Shown here: one piece after another, positions 9,366 through 18,215 of the stretch
Layout of the letters: every line of letters starts with the position of its first letter
Numbering within the stretch: the first letter of the stretch is position 1
Source: an uncultured Gammaproteobacteria bacterium
GTDB lineage: Bacteria; Pseudomonadota; Gammaproteobacteria; Steroidobacterales; CAZJFQ01
Assembly: GCA_964545335.1 (NCBI GenBank)
Contig: CAZJFQ010000001.1
Location: 1,766-65,765, forward strand
Direction: 5' to 3'
DNA length: 64,000 nucleotides
The notes under the pieces: generated by a model
What the model saw: the letters and a program-made list of their open reading frames with translations, nothing else
Databases searched by the model: none
What the model was told of the DNA's origin: nothing
Made by a program: the position numbers and the translations under genes

Positions 9366-9389
9366 AGACCCCTGTTAAGGGGCATATTG

Positions 9390-12179
9390 ATGAAAATCCT
9401 GTCGACAAATGTATTTGTGGGCCCGAATATCTATGCTCGGTTTCCGGTAATCCGTCACGTGCTGGATCTTGGTGAACTGGAAGCCTGGCCAACGGGCCGA
9501 CTGGGTCCCGACTTTACTGACCCACTGCTCGAGGCTTTGCCGGGCCTTTACAAACATGGCTGTTCATATGGTACAGCCGGCGGCTTTGTGCGGCGTCTCA
9601 AGGAGGAAGAAGGCACCTGGCTGGGCCATGTCATGGAGCACGTTGCCATCGAGCTGCAATGCGCGGCCGGCTCCGATGTTACCTTCGGCAAGACACGGTC
9701 GACCGGCAAGCCCGGCGAATACAACCTGATCTTTCAGTACAAGGATGAAGAGGTCGGTCGTGAAGCCGGCCGCCTCGCTCTGGATTTTCTGCATCATCTG
9801 TTGCCGTCTGAACTCAAGCCGGCCGATGCGCCGGCAGCCGAATGGGATTTCACGGCAGAACGGGATAAGTTTATCCGCTATGCGCAGCGTCGGGCCCTGG
9901 GGCCGAGCACGGCCTCACTCGCCCGCGCCGCGGAAGATCGCTCGATACCGTGGATACGATTGAATCGTTACAGCCTATTGCAGTTCGGGCACGGCAAATA
10001 TCAGCAACGCATTCAGGCGACAACCACCAGCCAGACCAGCAACATTGCCGTCGATCTGGCGTCCGACAAGGAAGAAACCAATCGCATACTGACCGACCTC
10101 GGTCTGCCGGTACCGCGGCAGCGGTTGGTTTACAGCGCAAGGGAAGCGGTGAGAGCAGCCGAAAGGATTGGCTATCCCGTAGTCTTGAAGCCCATCGCGG
10201 CCAATCACGGCCGCGGCGTATCTACCAACCTCCGCGTGCCGGAGGAAATTGAAACCGCGTTTGCGAAAGCACGCGAGCATGCCCGGACTGTACTGGTTGA
10301 GAGTTTTATCGAAGGATTTGATCACCGGATACTGGTGACCAACGGCGAAATGATCGCGGCGGCAAAACGCATTCCCGGTCACGTCGTCGGTGACGGCAAA
10401 CTGACCATTGAACAACTTGTAGATGAGGTCAACCGCGATCCGCGACGTGGTGTCGGACATGAGAAAGTACTGACACGTCTGGAGTTTGATCACCAGGCCG
10501 AGAAACTCCTGCAACTGAATGGCTACAGCCGCGATACCGTTCCGCGCACCGACGATATAGTCTATTTGCGAAGAACTGCGAATTTGTCTACTGGTGGTAC
10601 GGCGATCGACGTCACGGACATTGTCCACCCCGACAACCGCGAAATGGCTATACGCGCCGTTCGCGGACTGGGACTGGACATCGGTGGCGTCGATTTCCTT
10701 ACCACGGATATTGCCGAATCCTACCGGGACACCGGTGGTGCGATCTGCGAGGTGAACGCCGGACCCGGCTTTCGCATGCACGTCGCGCCAAGCGAAGGAC
10801 AGCCCCGCGACGTGGCTGGTCCGGTACTCGACATGCTATTTCCCCCGGGCACGCCCAGCACAATTCCGACGGCATGCATTACCGGTACCAACGGCAAGAC
10901 GACCACTGCACGCATGCTGGCCCACATCATGAAGCTGGCTGGTTATACAGTGGGCTTGTCCAGCACTGACGGGGTCTATATCGATGGTCACCTTTCAGTA
11001 GAAGGCGACATGACCGGACCGATGGCGACCAATATGATACTCCGCGACCCGACCGTCGACGCCGCCGTTCTGGAAACTGCACGCGGCGGCATGCTCCGAC
11101 GCGGCATGGGCATAGCCCATTGCGACGTTGCAGCCTGTATCAATGTTTCGGCCGATCATCTCGGTTTGCATGGAATCCATACGGTCGAACAGCTTGCCGA
11201 AGTCAAACGCATTCCAATAGAGATCGCGCAGGACTCGGTCGTGCTCAATGCGGATGACGTCAACTGTCTGAAAATGGCGGATTACGCCGAGGCTGAACAC
11301 GTTTGTTACATCAGTATGAATCCGGGTCATACATTGGTGAAACAACATATTCAATCGGGAGGCCGGGCTGTAGTACTGGAAGAAGGCTACAACGGTTATA
11401 TGATCACGATTTACGACAGTGGCAACCACATCCCGCTGCTGTGGACCCACCTTATCCCCGCAACGCTGGAAGGACGTGCGCTGCATAACGTGCAAAATGC
11501 AATGTTCGCGGCAGCGCTCGCTTACAGCCTCCACGTCAGTCTGGAAAATATACGGCATGGTCTGAGGACCTTTGACACCACATTCTTCCAGGCGCCGGGA
11601 CGGATGAACGTCTTTTCAGAGCACCCGTTCAAGGTCATTCTCGACTATGCCCACAATCCGGCAGCGGTCCAAACCATGTGCGACGTTGTTGACCGGCTGG
11701 ACGAGCCCGGGCGAAAGATTCTCGTATTGTCGGCGCCCGGAGATCGCCGGGATGAGGACATTCTCAAAATCGGCAGTCTGGCTGCCTGCCATTTTGATCA
11801 CTATGTCTGTCGCGGCGACGATAATCCGCGCGGCCGCCAACCTGAGGAAGTCCCGCGCATGCTGGCCGACGCCCTGATTGCCGGCGGTGTCGAAAAATCG
11901 CACATCGAAGTCATTGCCGACGAACAGGAAGCCGTCGACAGCGCACTGAGAGCAGCAGAATCGGGCGACCTGGTGCTCATCTTTGGTGACAACATAAAAC
12001 GCTGCTGGAAGCAGATCATCTATTTTGATGCACACAAACCAATGGCGGGCGCGCGTGAGGTAAGAAAAGAACGTATCGCACCCGCGGAAGACTATGGTTT
12101 CAAAATGGATGAGGACGTTACCCTGATTCGCGATGAACGGGGCGTACGTATCGCCCGCGGACCCGAGCAGGACGACTGA
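9390..12179 (+). CDS. cphA: Cyanophycin synthetase CphA (N domain + ATP-grasp + Mur-ligase-like domain)
   Basis: MKILSTNVFVGPNIY N-domain start, ATP-grasp core (GYPVVLKPIAANHGRGV), Mur-type P-loop ITGTNGKTTTARM, and DYAHNPAA. About 929 aa. Confidence 0.93.
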   Translation: MKILSTNVFVGPNIYARFPVIRHVLDLGELEAWPTGRLGPDFTDPLLEALPGLYKHGCSYGTAGGFVRRLKEEEGTWLGHVMEHVAIELQCAAGSDVTFGKTRSTGKPGEYNLIFQYKDEEVGREAGRLALDFLHHLLPSELKPADAPAAEWDFTAERDKFIRYAQRRALGPSTASLARAAEDRSIPWIRLNRYSLLQFGHGKYQQRIQATTTSQTSNIAVDLASDKEETNRILTDLGLPVPRQRLVYSAREAVRAAERIGYPVVLKPIAANHGRGVSTNLRVPEEIETAFAKAREHARTVLVESFIEGFDHRILVTNGEMIAAAKRIPGHVVGDGKLTIEQLVDEVNRDPRRGVGHEKVLTRLEFDHQAEKLLQLNGYSRDTVPRTDDIVYLRRTANLSTGGTAIDVTDIVHPDNREMAIRAVRGLGLDIGGVDFLTTDIAESYRDTGGAICEVNAGPGFRMHVAPSEGQPRDVAGPVLDMLFPPGTPSTIPTACITGTNGKTTTARMLAHIMKLAGYTVGLSSTDGVYIDGHLSVEGDMTGPMATNMILRDPTVDAAVLETARGGMLRRGMGIAHCDVAACINVSADHLGLHGIHTVEQLAEVKRIPIEIAQDSVVLNADDVNCLKMADYAEAEHVCYISMNPGHTLVKQHIQSGGRAVVLEEGYNGYMITIYDSGNHIPLLWTHLIPATLEGRALHNVQNAMFAAALAYSLHVSLENIRHGLRTFDTTFFQAPGRMNVFSEHPFKVILDYAHNPAAVQTMCDVVDRLDEPGRKILVLSAPGDRRDEDILKIGSLAACHFDHYVCRGDDNPRGRQPEEVPRMLADALIAGGVEKSHIEVIADEQEAVDSALRAAESGDLVLIFGDNIKRCWKQIIYFDAHKPMAGAREVRKERIAPAEDYGFKMDEDVTLIRDERGVRIARGPEQDD

Positions 12180-12197
12180 CAATCCGGCGAGAGCAGG

Positions 12198-13883
12198 ATG
12201 GAACTGATCGACTCCCGCCGTCTCACCGGCCCGAATATCGTCTGGGATCATCCGGGCGCCGTCATCGACATTCGTTTCGGTGACAACGAGCCTGACGAAG
12301 TTATCGATACCTGGAAGCAACAGCTAGGCCGCATGCTGAAAGCGGTCGGCTGGGATGCACTGGAAGTAGCGGTACATCGGGTCCCTGGTGGAGCCAGTCT
12401 CGTTTTTGCCGCACCCATTGATGCGCTGTATGCCGGGACTGACATCAATGACTGGGCCTGGCAAGCCACCTGCAAAAAAATCCAATCCGGAAACGATGTC
12501 GATCCCGGCCCGGATGCAGCACGCCTGAAAGACACAATTACCGAGGAACGGAATCCGCAGCTACAGGCACTGAGAGCTGCCGCGGAAACACGCGACAAAG
12601 TCTTTCTCAGCGATGATGACGACGTCTCGATCGGGCTCGGCTGCAACAGTCTGACTTTCCCGGTCACAGACATTCCATCTGCCGAAGACATCACCTGGGA
12701 TTCGATTGCTGCCATCCCGGTGGGCCTGGTGACGGGCACCAATGGCAAGACGACTTCAGTACGGCTGGCCGCGTCAATCGCCCGTGCAGCCGGACACCGC
12801 GCTGGACTGAGCTCGACGGACTGGATCGCCGTTGACGGGGACATCATCGATCGTGGTGATTATTCTGGCCCCGGAGGAGCGCGCACTATTCTTCGCGACC
12901 GACGTGTCACGCTTGCGATCCTGGAGACGGCGCGTGGTGGCTTGCTCCGCCGCGGCCTCGCGATCAATTATGCGGATGCCGCTCTGATTACCAATATTGC
13001 CGAAGATCACCTCGGCGATTTCGGTGTTCAGGACCTGGAGCAGCTGGCTGACGTCAAGTGGATCGTGACGCGTGCGCTGGGACCTGCCGGCTATGCGATC
13101 CTGAATGCTGAGGATCCGCGACTCGTCGTACGTGCCACACGAAGTTCGGGCTTTAAACTGCTCTGGTTCAGTACTGATCCGGACAACCCGACACTGCGGG
13201 ATCACGTGAACCGGGATGGCTGGGGATTGACGGTAGAGAATCACCAGCTGCTCTGGTATCGCGACGGAAATGCGGCAAAGCTCATCGATGTCCGTGAAAT
13301 CCCGGTTACTTTGCGGGGAGCAGCACGGCACAATGTTGCCAACGCCCTGGGCGCCGCCGGATTGATGCTGGCATTGGGTGTCGACCCTGATGCCGTGATC
13401 TCGGGTCTGACCGGTTTGCTTCCGGAGGACAACCCCGGGCGCTGCAATCTGTATCACATTGGCGACGTCGATGTACTGGTGGACTTTGCGCACAATCCGC
13501 ATGGGATGGCGGCGTTGTTCGAATTGGCGCGCGAGTACCCGGCGAACCGACGTCTGCTCATCATCGGCCAGGCGGGTGACAGGAGCGACGAGGCGATACG
13601 CGAGCTGACGAGATCGGCGTGGAGTATCGGTATCGACCACGTAATCATCAAGGAGATGGCACAGTACGCCCGCGGTCGCCAGCGCGGCGAGATCCCGGCG
13701 CTGATACGCGGCGAGTTCCTCAAACTCGGTGCCGCTGAAGACAGCATCGGCTATCAGGAACACGAAATGGATGCGGTAAAGAAATCACTGGACATGGCCG
13801 GCAAAGGCGATCTCGTTATCATGCTGATCCACGAGAACATGGATGCCGTGACGGATTATCTCCGGTCCCGGAAAGATGCCTGA
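12198..13883 (+). CDS. CphA-like Mur-ligase-family protein lacking the ATP-grasp domain (CphA'/CphA2-like)
   Basis: The N-terminus echoes the CphA N domain (RRLTGPNIVW vs NVFVGPNIYA) and then runs straight into the Mur-ligase module (VTGTNGKTTSVRL, ETARGG, DFAHNPHG). No ATP-grasp segment. The stop overlaps the darP start by 8 nt. Confidence 0.85.
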   Translation: MELIDSRRLTGPNIVWDHPGAVIDIRFGDNEPDEVIDTWKQQLGRMLKAVGWDALEVAVHRVPGGASLVFAAPIDALYAGTDINDWAWQATCKKIQSGNDVDPGPDAARLKDTITEERNPQLQALRAAAETRDKVFLSDDDDVSIGLGCNSLTFPVTDIPSAEDITWDSIAAIPVGLVTGTNGKTTSVRLAASIARAAGHRAGLSSTDWIAVDGDIIDRGDYSGPGGARTILRDRRVTLAILETARGGLLRRGLAINYADAALITNIAEDHLGDFGVQDLEQLADVKWIVTRALGPAGYAILNAEDPRLVVRATRSSGFKLLWFSTDPDNPTLRDHVNRDGWGLTVENHQLLWYRDGNAAKLIDVREIPVTLRGAARHNVANALGAAGLMLALGVDPDAVISGLTGLLPEDNPGRCNLYHIGDVDVLVDFAHNPHGMAALFELAREYPANRRLLIIGQAGDRSDEAIRELTRSAWSIGIDHVIIKEMAQYARGRQRGEIPALIRGEFLKLGAAEDSIGYQEHEMDAVKKSLDMAGKGDLVIMLIHENMDAVTDYLRSRKDA

Positions 13884-14367
13884 ACCAACCGGCCGCAAAA
13901 GCAAAACGCAGCTCAAGCGGGAGATGAATGACCTGCAGAGTCTGGGCGATACCTTGGTCGCCCTGGCTCCCGGCTATCTGGATCAGTTGCCGGTGCCCGA
14001 GAAACTTCTGGAAGCGATAGTTGCGGCTCGCCGCATGAACAAGCGTGGCGCGCTTCATCGCCAGCGCCAATACATCGGGCGCGTGATGCGGGAAATCAAC
14101 GCCGAACCGATACTTAAGGCACTGGAGAGCCTCCAGGAACGCGATCGGGCACGGAAAGCCCGGTTGCACCAAATTGAGTACTGGCGTGACCTCATAATTA
14201 CTGATGGTGATGAGGGAATCGAGCATTTTCTGACAAGCTGCCCGCGTGCGGACCGACAACAATTGAGAACCCTGCTCCGGCAGCATAGAAAAGAGTTCGC
14301 CGACAAACGGCCGCCGCGTGCGGCCCGTCAATTGTTCAGATATATTCGCGACCTCGTTGCTTTGTAG
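13876..14367 (+). CDS. darP: Ribosome-associated protein YjgA/DarP (DUF615)
   Basis: KSKTQLKREMNDLQSLGDTLV..., a typical YjgA N-terminus and size (163 aa). Confidence 0.85.
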   Translation: MPEPTGRKSKTQLKREMNDLQSLGDTLVALAPGYLDQLPVPEKLLEAIVAARRMNKRGALHRQRQYIGRVMREINAEPILKALESLQERDRARKARLHQIEYWRDLIITDGDEGIEHFLTSCPRADRQQLRTLLRQHRKEFADKRPPRAARQLFRYIRDLVAL

Positions 14368-14407
14368 CCGCTCAAAAACCGTTACCACCAATGGTTAGGA
14401 CAAAAAC

Positions 14408-14896
14408 ATGACAGCACAAGTTGGCATATTGATGGGATCGAAATCGGACTGGGAGACGATGTCAAATACGACAACCACACTCGATGAGTTGGGCATAGAA
14501 TATGAAGTTCGGGTTGCTTCCGCACACCGCACGCCTGCGGCGGTGGTCGAATACACGAACTCAGCCCGGGAGCGCGGTCTCAAGGTCATCATCGCTGCTG
14601 CGGGCGGAGCCGCGCACCTCGCCGGTGTTGTGGCTGCGCATACTACCTTGCCGGTGCTCGGTGTGCCTATCGAATCGCCGGCATTGAAGGGACTCGACTC
14701 ACTTTTGTCGACAGTTCAGATGCCCGCCGGCATCCCCGTCGCAACGCTGGCCATTGGGCGCGCCGGGGCCGTCAATGCGGCAATGTTTGCAGCCGCGATA
14801 ATCGGCGTGACTGATATTTCTGTCAGCGAAGCGATTGCGGCGCATCGTCGGGACAAGGCTGAGGCCATACTTGCGAATCCCGACCCCAGAGACTGA
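14408..14896 (+). CDS. purE: N5-carboxyaminoimidazole ribonucleotide mutase
   Basis: Motifs MGSKSDWETM, ASAHRTP, AAGGAAHLAGV. 162 aa. Confidence 0.95.
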   Translation: MTAQVGILMGSKSDWETMSNTTTTLDELGIEYEVRVASAHRTPAAVVEYTNSARERGLKVIIAAAGGAAHLAGVVAAHTTLPVLGVPIESPALKGLDSLLSTVQMPAGIPVATLAIGRAGAVNAAMFAAAIIGVTDISVSEAIAAHRRDKAEAILANPDPRD

Positions 14897-15057
14897 ATGC
14901 CTGGTTAGCGGGAGGTCCGGCAGCGTCCGCGTATGTTGATGTCGGTCAGGCAAACCCTATGCGCTCCCGGTTCGCCGGTCGGCTTGCTTACGGGCCCGGA
15001 AGGCCGGGCGCCGACAGCCTCCCGAGTTTAAAGCCGCCATGGAACCGGTGATTTTCC

Positions 15058-15083
15058 CGCCGAGTGGGGTCCGGCGTTTTTTT
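15058..15083 (+). terminator. Candidate rho-independent terminator ~160 nt downstream of purE
   Basis: CGCCG-(9 nt)-CGGCG followed by seven T. The stem is only 5 bp, so support is moderate. Confidence 0.4.
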
Positions 15084-15281
15084 GTGGTGGCATTGCTTGT
15101 CATAATCAAGGTGATCTGAGTGGCCGGTCATGGCACACTCCCATGCGCGGCCGAATAACAAAATGATAACTGCTTCTTTCTACTCCGAAGGTTCTTACGC
15201 TTAATATGTAGCGTCGATCGGGAATCGGTAATTGATTTACCGACCGTCGCCTGTCCGCTAACAGGATCTATCAGGTTCAAC

Positions 15282-16469
15282 GTGTATCTCGAGCATTTCA
15301 AGCTTAAGGATCACCCGTTCCGGCTCAGCCCGGACCCGAATTACTTGTTTCTCAGCAAACAGCACTCGCGGGCCAAGGCATACATCGAGTCAACGGTCTG
15401 GTTTGCCGACGGATTTGTCATCATCACCGGAGAGATCGGGTCCGGGAAGACGATCCTGCTCGAGCGATTCCTTACGGAATTGCCTGATGATGTGATTACC
15501 GCTCGTATCGCTCAGACACAGATCACGCCCACCCAGTTGCTCCAGATACTGCTCGCGGAATTCGGGTTCAAGCCGTTTCGCAAGCGCAAAGCGGAACTTC
15601 TGAATATGCTGAGTGAGTACCTGTCCGAGCGGTCCCGCAGCGGTCGAAAGGTCGTCATCATCATTGATGAAGCGCAAAATCTGACGCCCCGGGTACTGGA
15701 AGAGATACGGTTGATATCCGGCATTGAAGGCCATAAGAATAAGGTACTGAGCATCATCCTGGCGGGTCAGCCAGAACTCAACGAAGCTCTCGATGCACAG
15801 AATATGCGCCAGTTGACACAACGAACGCGGCTGCGTTTTCACCTCGGCCCGTTGTCCGAGGATGAAGTTCGTGAGTACGTCCGGCACCGGCTGGATGTTG
15901 CGGGTGCGCGCGGTCGCAAAATCTTCAAAAAGGCAGCATTCGATCCGATCTACAAGTACACCGGCGGAATCCCCAGGCTGATCAACACGTTATGTGACAC
16001 CGCGCTGATCGGTGCCTTTGCTGATGACGTCCAGACGGTAACCGATCAGGACATCCGCAACGCCGTGGATGAACTGCAGTGGGTCGAATACGCCGAGACG
16101 ACCAGCCGCCAGCGCACGATGAAGCAAGCCGAGGTCGGGGCCGACAGTGACGCAGATGGCCGGTTGGCGGTGCTGTCGATCGCCCAGAACGGACAAATGA
16201 CTATGGAATTCACACTCGGCCAGGGCCGGGTCATTATCGGTCGGACATCCGACAACGACTTGCAGATCGACAGCAAATACATCAGTCGCCATCACGCGCA
16301 GATAGTTTCCAAACCCAGGTATTGTGTGCTGGAGGATCTCAACAGCACAAACGGGATCTATGTACGATCACAACGCGTGAAAAAGCACCGTCTGCGTGAT
16401 GGCGACGTGATCATGATCGGGAAACACGAACTGCGGTATTCAAATCAGCGCCTGTCCGGCAACGACTGA
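15282..16469 (+). CDS. ExeA/GspA/MshM-type AAA+ ATPase fused to a C-terminal FHA domain
   Basis: N-terminus HFKLKDHPFRLSPDPNYLF, Walker A GEIGSGKT, Walker B VVIIIDEAQNL, GGIPRLIN. The C-terminal ~95 aa carry FHA signatures (IIGRTSDNDLQI, SRHHAQI, NSTNGIYV). GTG start. Confidence 0.85.
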   Translation: MYLEHFKLKDHPFRLSPDPNYLFLSKQHSRAKAYIESTVWFADGFVIITGEIGSGKTILLERFLTELPDDVITARIAQTQITPTQLLQILLAEFGFKPFRKRKAELLNMLSEYLSERSRSGRKVVIIIDEAQNLTPRVLEEIRLISGIEGHKNKVLSIILAGQPELNEALDAQNMRQLTQRTRLRFHLGPLSEDEVREYVRHRLDVAGARGRKIFKKAAFDPIYKYTGGIPRLINTLCDTALIGAFADDVQTVTDQDIRNAVDELQWVEYAETTSRQRTMKQAEVGADSDADGRLAVLSIAQNGQMTMEFTLGQGRVIIGRTSDNDLQIDSKYISRHHAQIVSKPRYCVLEDLNSTNGIYVRSQRVKKHRLRDGDVIMIGKHELRYSNQRLSGND

Positions 16470-16501
16470 GCCCGGTCTCTGCATACGGGCAACGCAGGAG
16501 A

Positions 16502-16768
16502 TCAACCGAGGTCGCTATCGGCTCTCGACACCTGAGCGGGGCCTGATACTCGTCCCGCCTCCGGCTGCTGGGACGACTGTCGAAAACCCCGCCGTTTCAG
16601 CCACACCACTAAACCTGCTACCAGGCAGCCAAACCCCGCCACAACAGCGACATACGTCCAGGGCCAGAAATCCGGAAACAATGCAGCACCAAGGCAAATG
16701 AGCCCGGCGACAATGTAGTAGTACGGCAGGGACTCGTACACTGGTTTTGGCAGCCAGAATGGCCTCAT
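16502..16768 (-). CDS. Hypothetical small membrane protein (2 TM)
   Basis: Two hydrophobic helices (YYYIVAGLICLGAALF, YVAVVAGFGCLVAGLVVWL) followed by a basic/polar tail. Confidence 0.55.
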   Translation of the reverse strand: MRPFWLPKPVYESLPYYYIVAGLICLGAALFPDFWPWTYVAVVAGFGCLVAGLVVWLKRRGFRQSSQQPEAGRVSGPAQVSRADSDLG

Positions 16769-16997
16769 ACGTTGATCCTCAGCAGCAAATCAGGATTGGG
16801 CCGGCAATCGTAACCGTTCACTGCTCTATTGTGCCGTGCATCCAGTCACAGATGAACCGGCAAACGCGGTCCGGTGGATGACTTTGTGATGTGGTTCACA
16901 GTTTTTGCTCTTGCCGGGCCAAAGGCGGTCACCAAATGGCAATTCCTTGATTCAGTCCATAAAAAAAATTCGACATCTGCATACACTAGGAACCACT

Positions 16998-17921
16998 ATG
17001 AGCGGGTTTCTAGGGCGATTGTTGCGCGCAGCGGGCCGGCTTGCCGGCTCTGCCATGCCGTTGTTTCTTGCCTGCGACCGGGTGCTGGCAAGGAACCTAT
17101 CGGATCCCGTGTTTTCCTGGGACGCCTTCGGTGTCGCATACGCGTATTTCATCGCTTGCGTCGTGCTAGCCGGCCTGCTCTATATGTTCTTTCGCTGGCA
17201 GATCGTCCTCAACCCCGGCGCGATTACGCGTCGATATGCTGTCGCCGTTCAGCTGATCGGCCTGCTCTACGTGATTGCGTCGATCCTGGAGAATGCGATC
17301 TCCGGCAACGGCACGTCCAGCCTGCCGTATGAATCACTGCCGTTAATTGGATTTGTCATCATCGTCCATTATCTTGCGGACCGCGAAGAGCAACCGGCGG
17401 TCCTTATTTTTGCCTTTTCTCTGGTCATCGCGATCATGGCGGTCGGTTTCGTGGCCTTGAGCATGGGCTGGGTTGAAATCCGCCCCGGGCAATGGGTCAT
17501 CGGGGCAGTCGGCGCCGGAATGGTCGGCTACACACTGGCCCAAACCACCCGGACAAAGAAGTCGTACATCAGCAGGGCCGCGGTCGAGCGCAAAGTCTCG
17601 ATGAAACGCGCTATCCCCGGTGTGCGTGCGTGGTTATCGGTGGAACAGTGGGTGGCACTTGCGGTGGCCAGCCTGGTGGTCGCCGCGGTCACGCAGACGC
17701 TGGCCGGCAGATCCCTGCTGTCGGTGCCCGCGAGCAGAATTTTCTATCACATGGTCGTACTGCTCGGGGGGACGCTGATTATCGGACTGCTCTACTCCGG
17801 CCTGCATTGGCTGCTGAGCCGACGATCAGCTGGCGAGCTGGCCTGGGTTCTGTGGATGGTCTGGATACTGATCGCTTTCGCGTCCACATACGGCATGTTT
17901 CTGGTCGGCCGTTCGGTCTGA
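16998..17921 (+). CDS. Hypothetical polytopic inner membrane protein
   Basis: About 8 hydrophobic segments. The ATG at 16998 is preceded by AGGA. The track start at 16905 is TTG and hydrophilic. Confidence 0.6.
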   Translation: MSGFLGRLLRAAGRLAGSAMPLFLACDRVLARNLSDPVFSWDAFGVAYAYFIACVVLAGLLYMFFRWQIVLNPGAITRRYAVAVQLIGLLYVIASILENAISGNGTSSLPYESLPLIGFVIIVHYLADREEQPAVLIFAFSLVIAIMAVGFVALSMGWVEIRPGQWVIGAVGAGMVGYTLAQTTRTKKSYISRAAVERKVSMKRAIPGVRAWLSVEQWVALAVASLVVAAVTQTLAGRSLLSVPASRIFYHMVVLLGGTLIIGLLYSGLHWLLSRRSAGELAWVLWMVWILIAFASTYGMFLVGRSV

Positions 17922-17927
17922 ATCGAA

Positions 17928-18215
17928 TCAGTCGCCGCGCCGTCGGCGATTCCTGTCGTAGTACTCCCGGATAGCGCTGTCGAGCGACGTGCAAGCCTCG
18001 TCGACACCGCGTGTCTGCGCCAGGACGAACAGAGCGTCCTGCAGGTCATCCGGAAAGTCAGCTATAGACATTGCGAACTCCTGCACACCGTCACCGGACA
18101 GATGGGCAGCGGAGTCGTTGGGCCGCAGCAGCAGCAGCGGATCCTTGAGGACCAGGGCTTTCCAGACCTCGTAAGGGTCCCAGCGCACGCGGGTGTCAGC
18201 AGGTTTCTCGCTCAT
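17928..18215 (-). CDS. Hypothetical small acidic protein
   Basis: ORF with an internal ATG (MSEKPADT...). No motif recognised. The C-terminus is Arg-rich. Confidence 0.45.
   Translation of the reverse strand: MSEKPADTRVRWDPYEVWKALVLKDPLLLLRPNDSAAHLSGDGVQEFAMSIADFPDDLQDALFVLAQTRGVDEACTSLDSAIREYYDRNRRRRGD

Noticed and set aside
14897-15083. Identity of the structured tract as SRP (4.5S) RNA, 6S RNA or an RsmY/Z-type sponge.
   Set aside because: It lacks the SRP domain-IV string (GGUCCGGAAGGAAGCAGCC-like) and the long 6S-type interrupted helix. It has only 3-4 GGA motifs. I kept it as an unnamed candidate.
15131-15146. Sigma-54-like promoter TGGCACactcccaTGC upstream of the ExeA-FHA gene.
   Set aside because: The GG-to-GC spacing is one nucleotide longer than the strict -24/-12 geometry, and the -12 element is TGC rather than TTGC.
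16874-17974. Alternative-frame ORFs 16874..17332 and 17492..17974 overlapping the polytopic membrane-protein gene.
   Set aside because: Their products are Arg-rich and lack hydrophobic periodicity. The 16998..17921 frame gives a coherent multi-TM protein.
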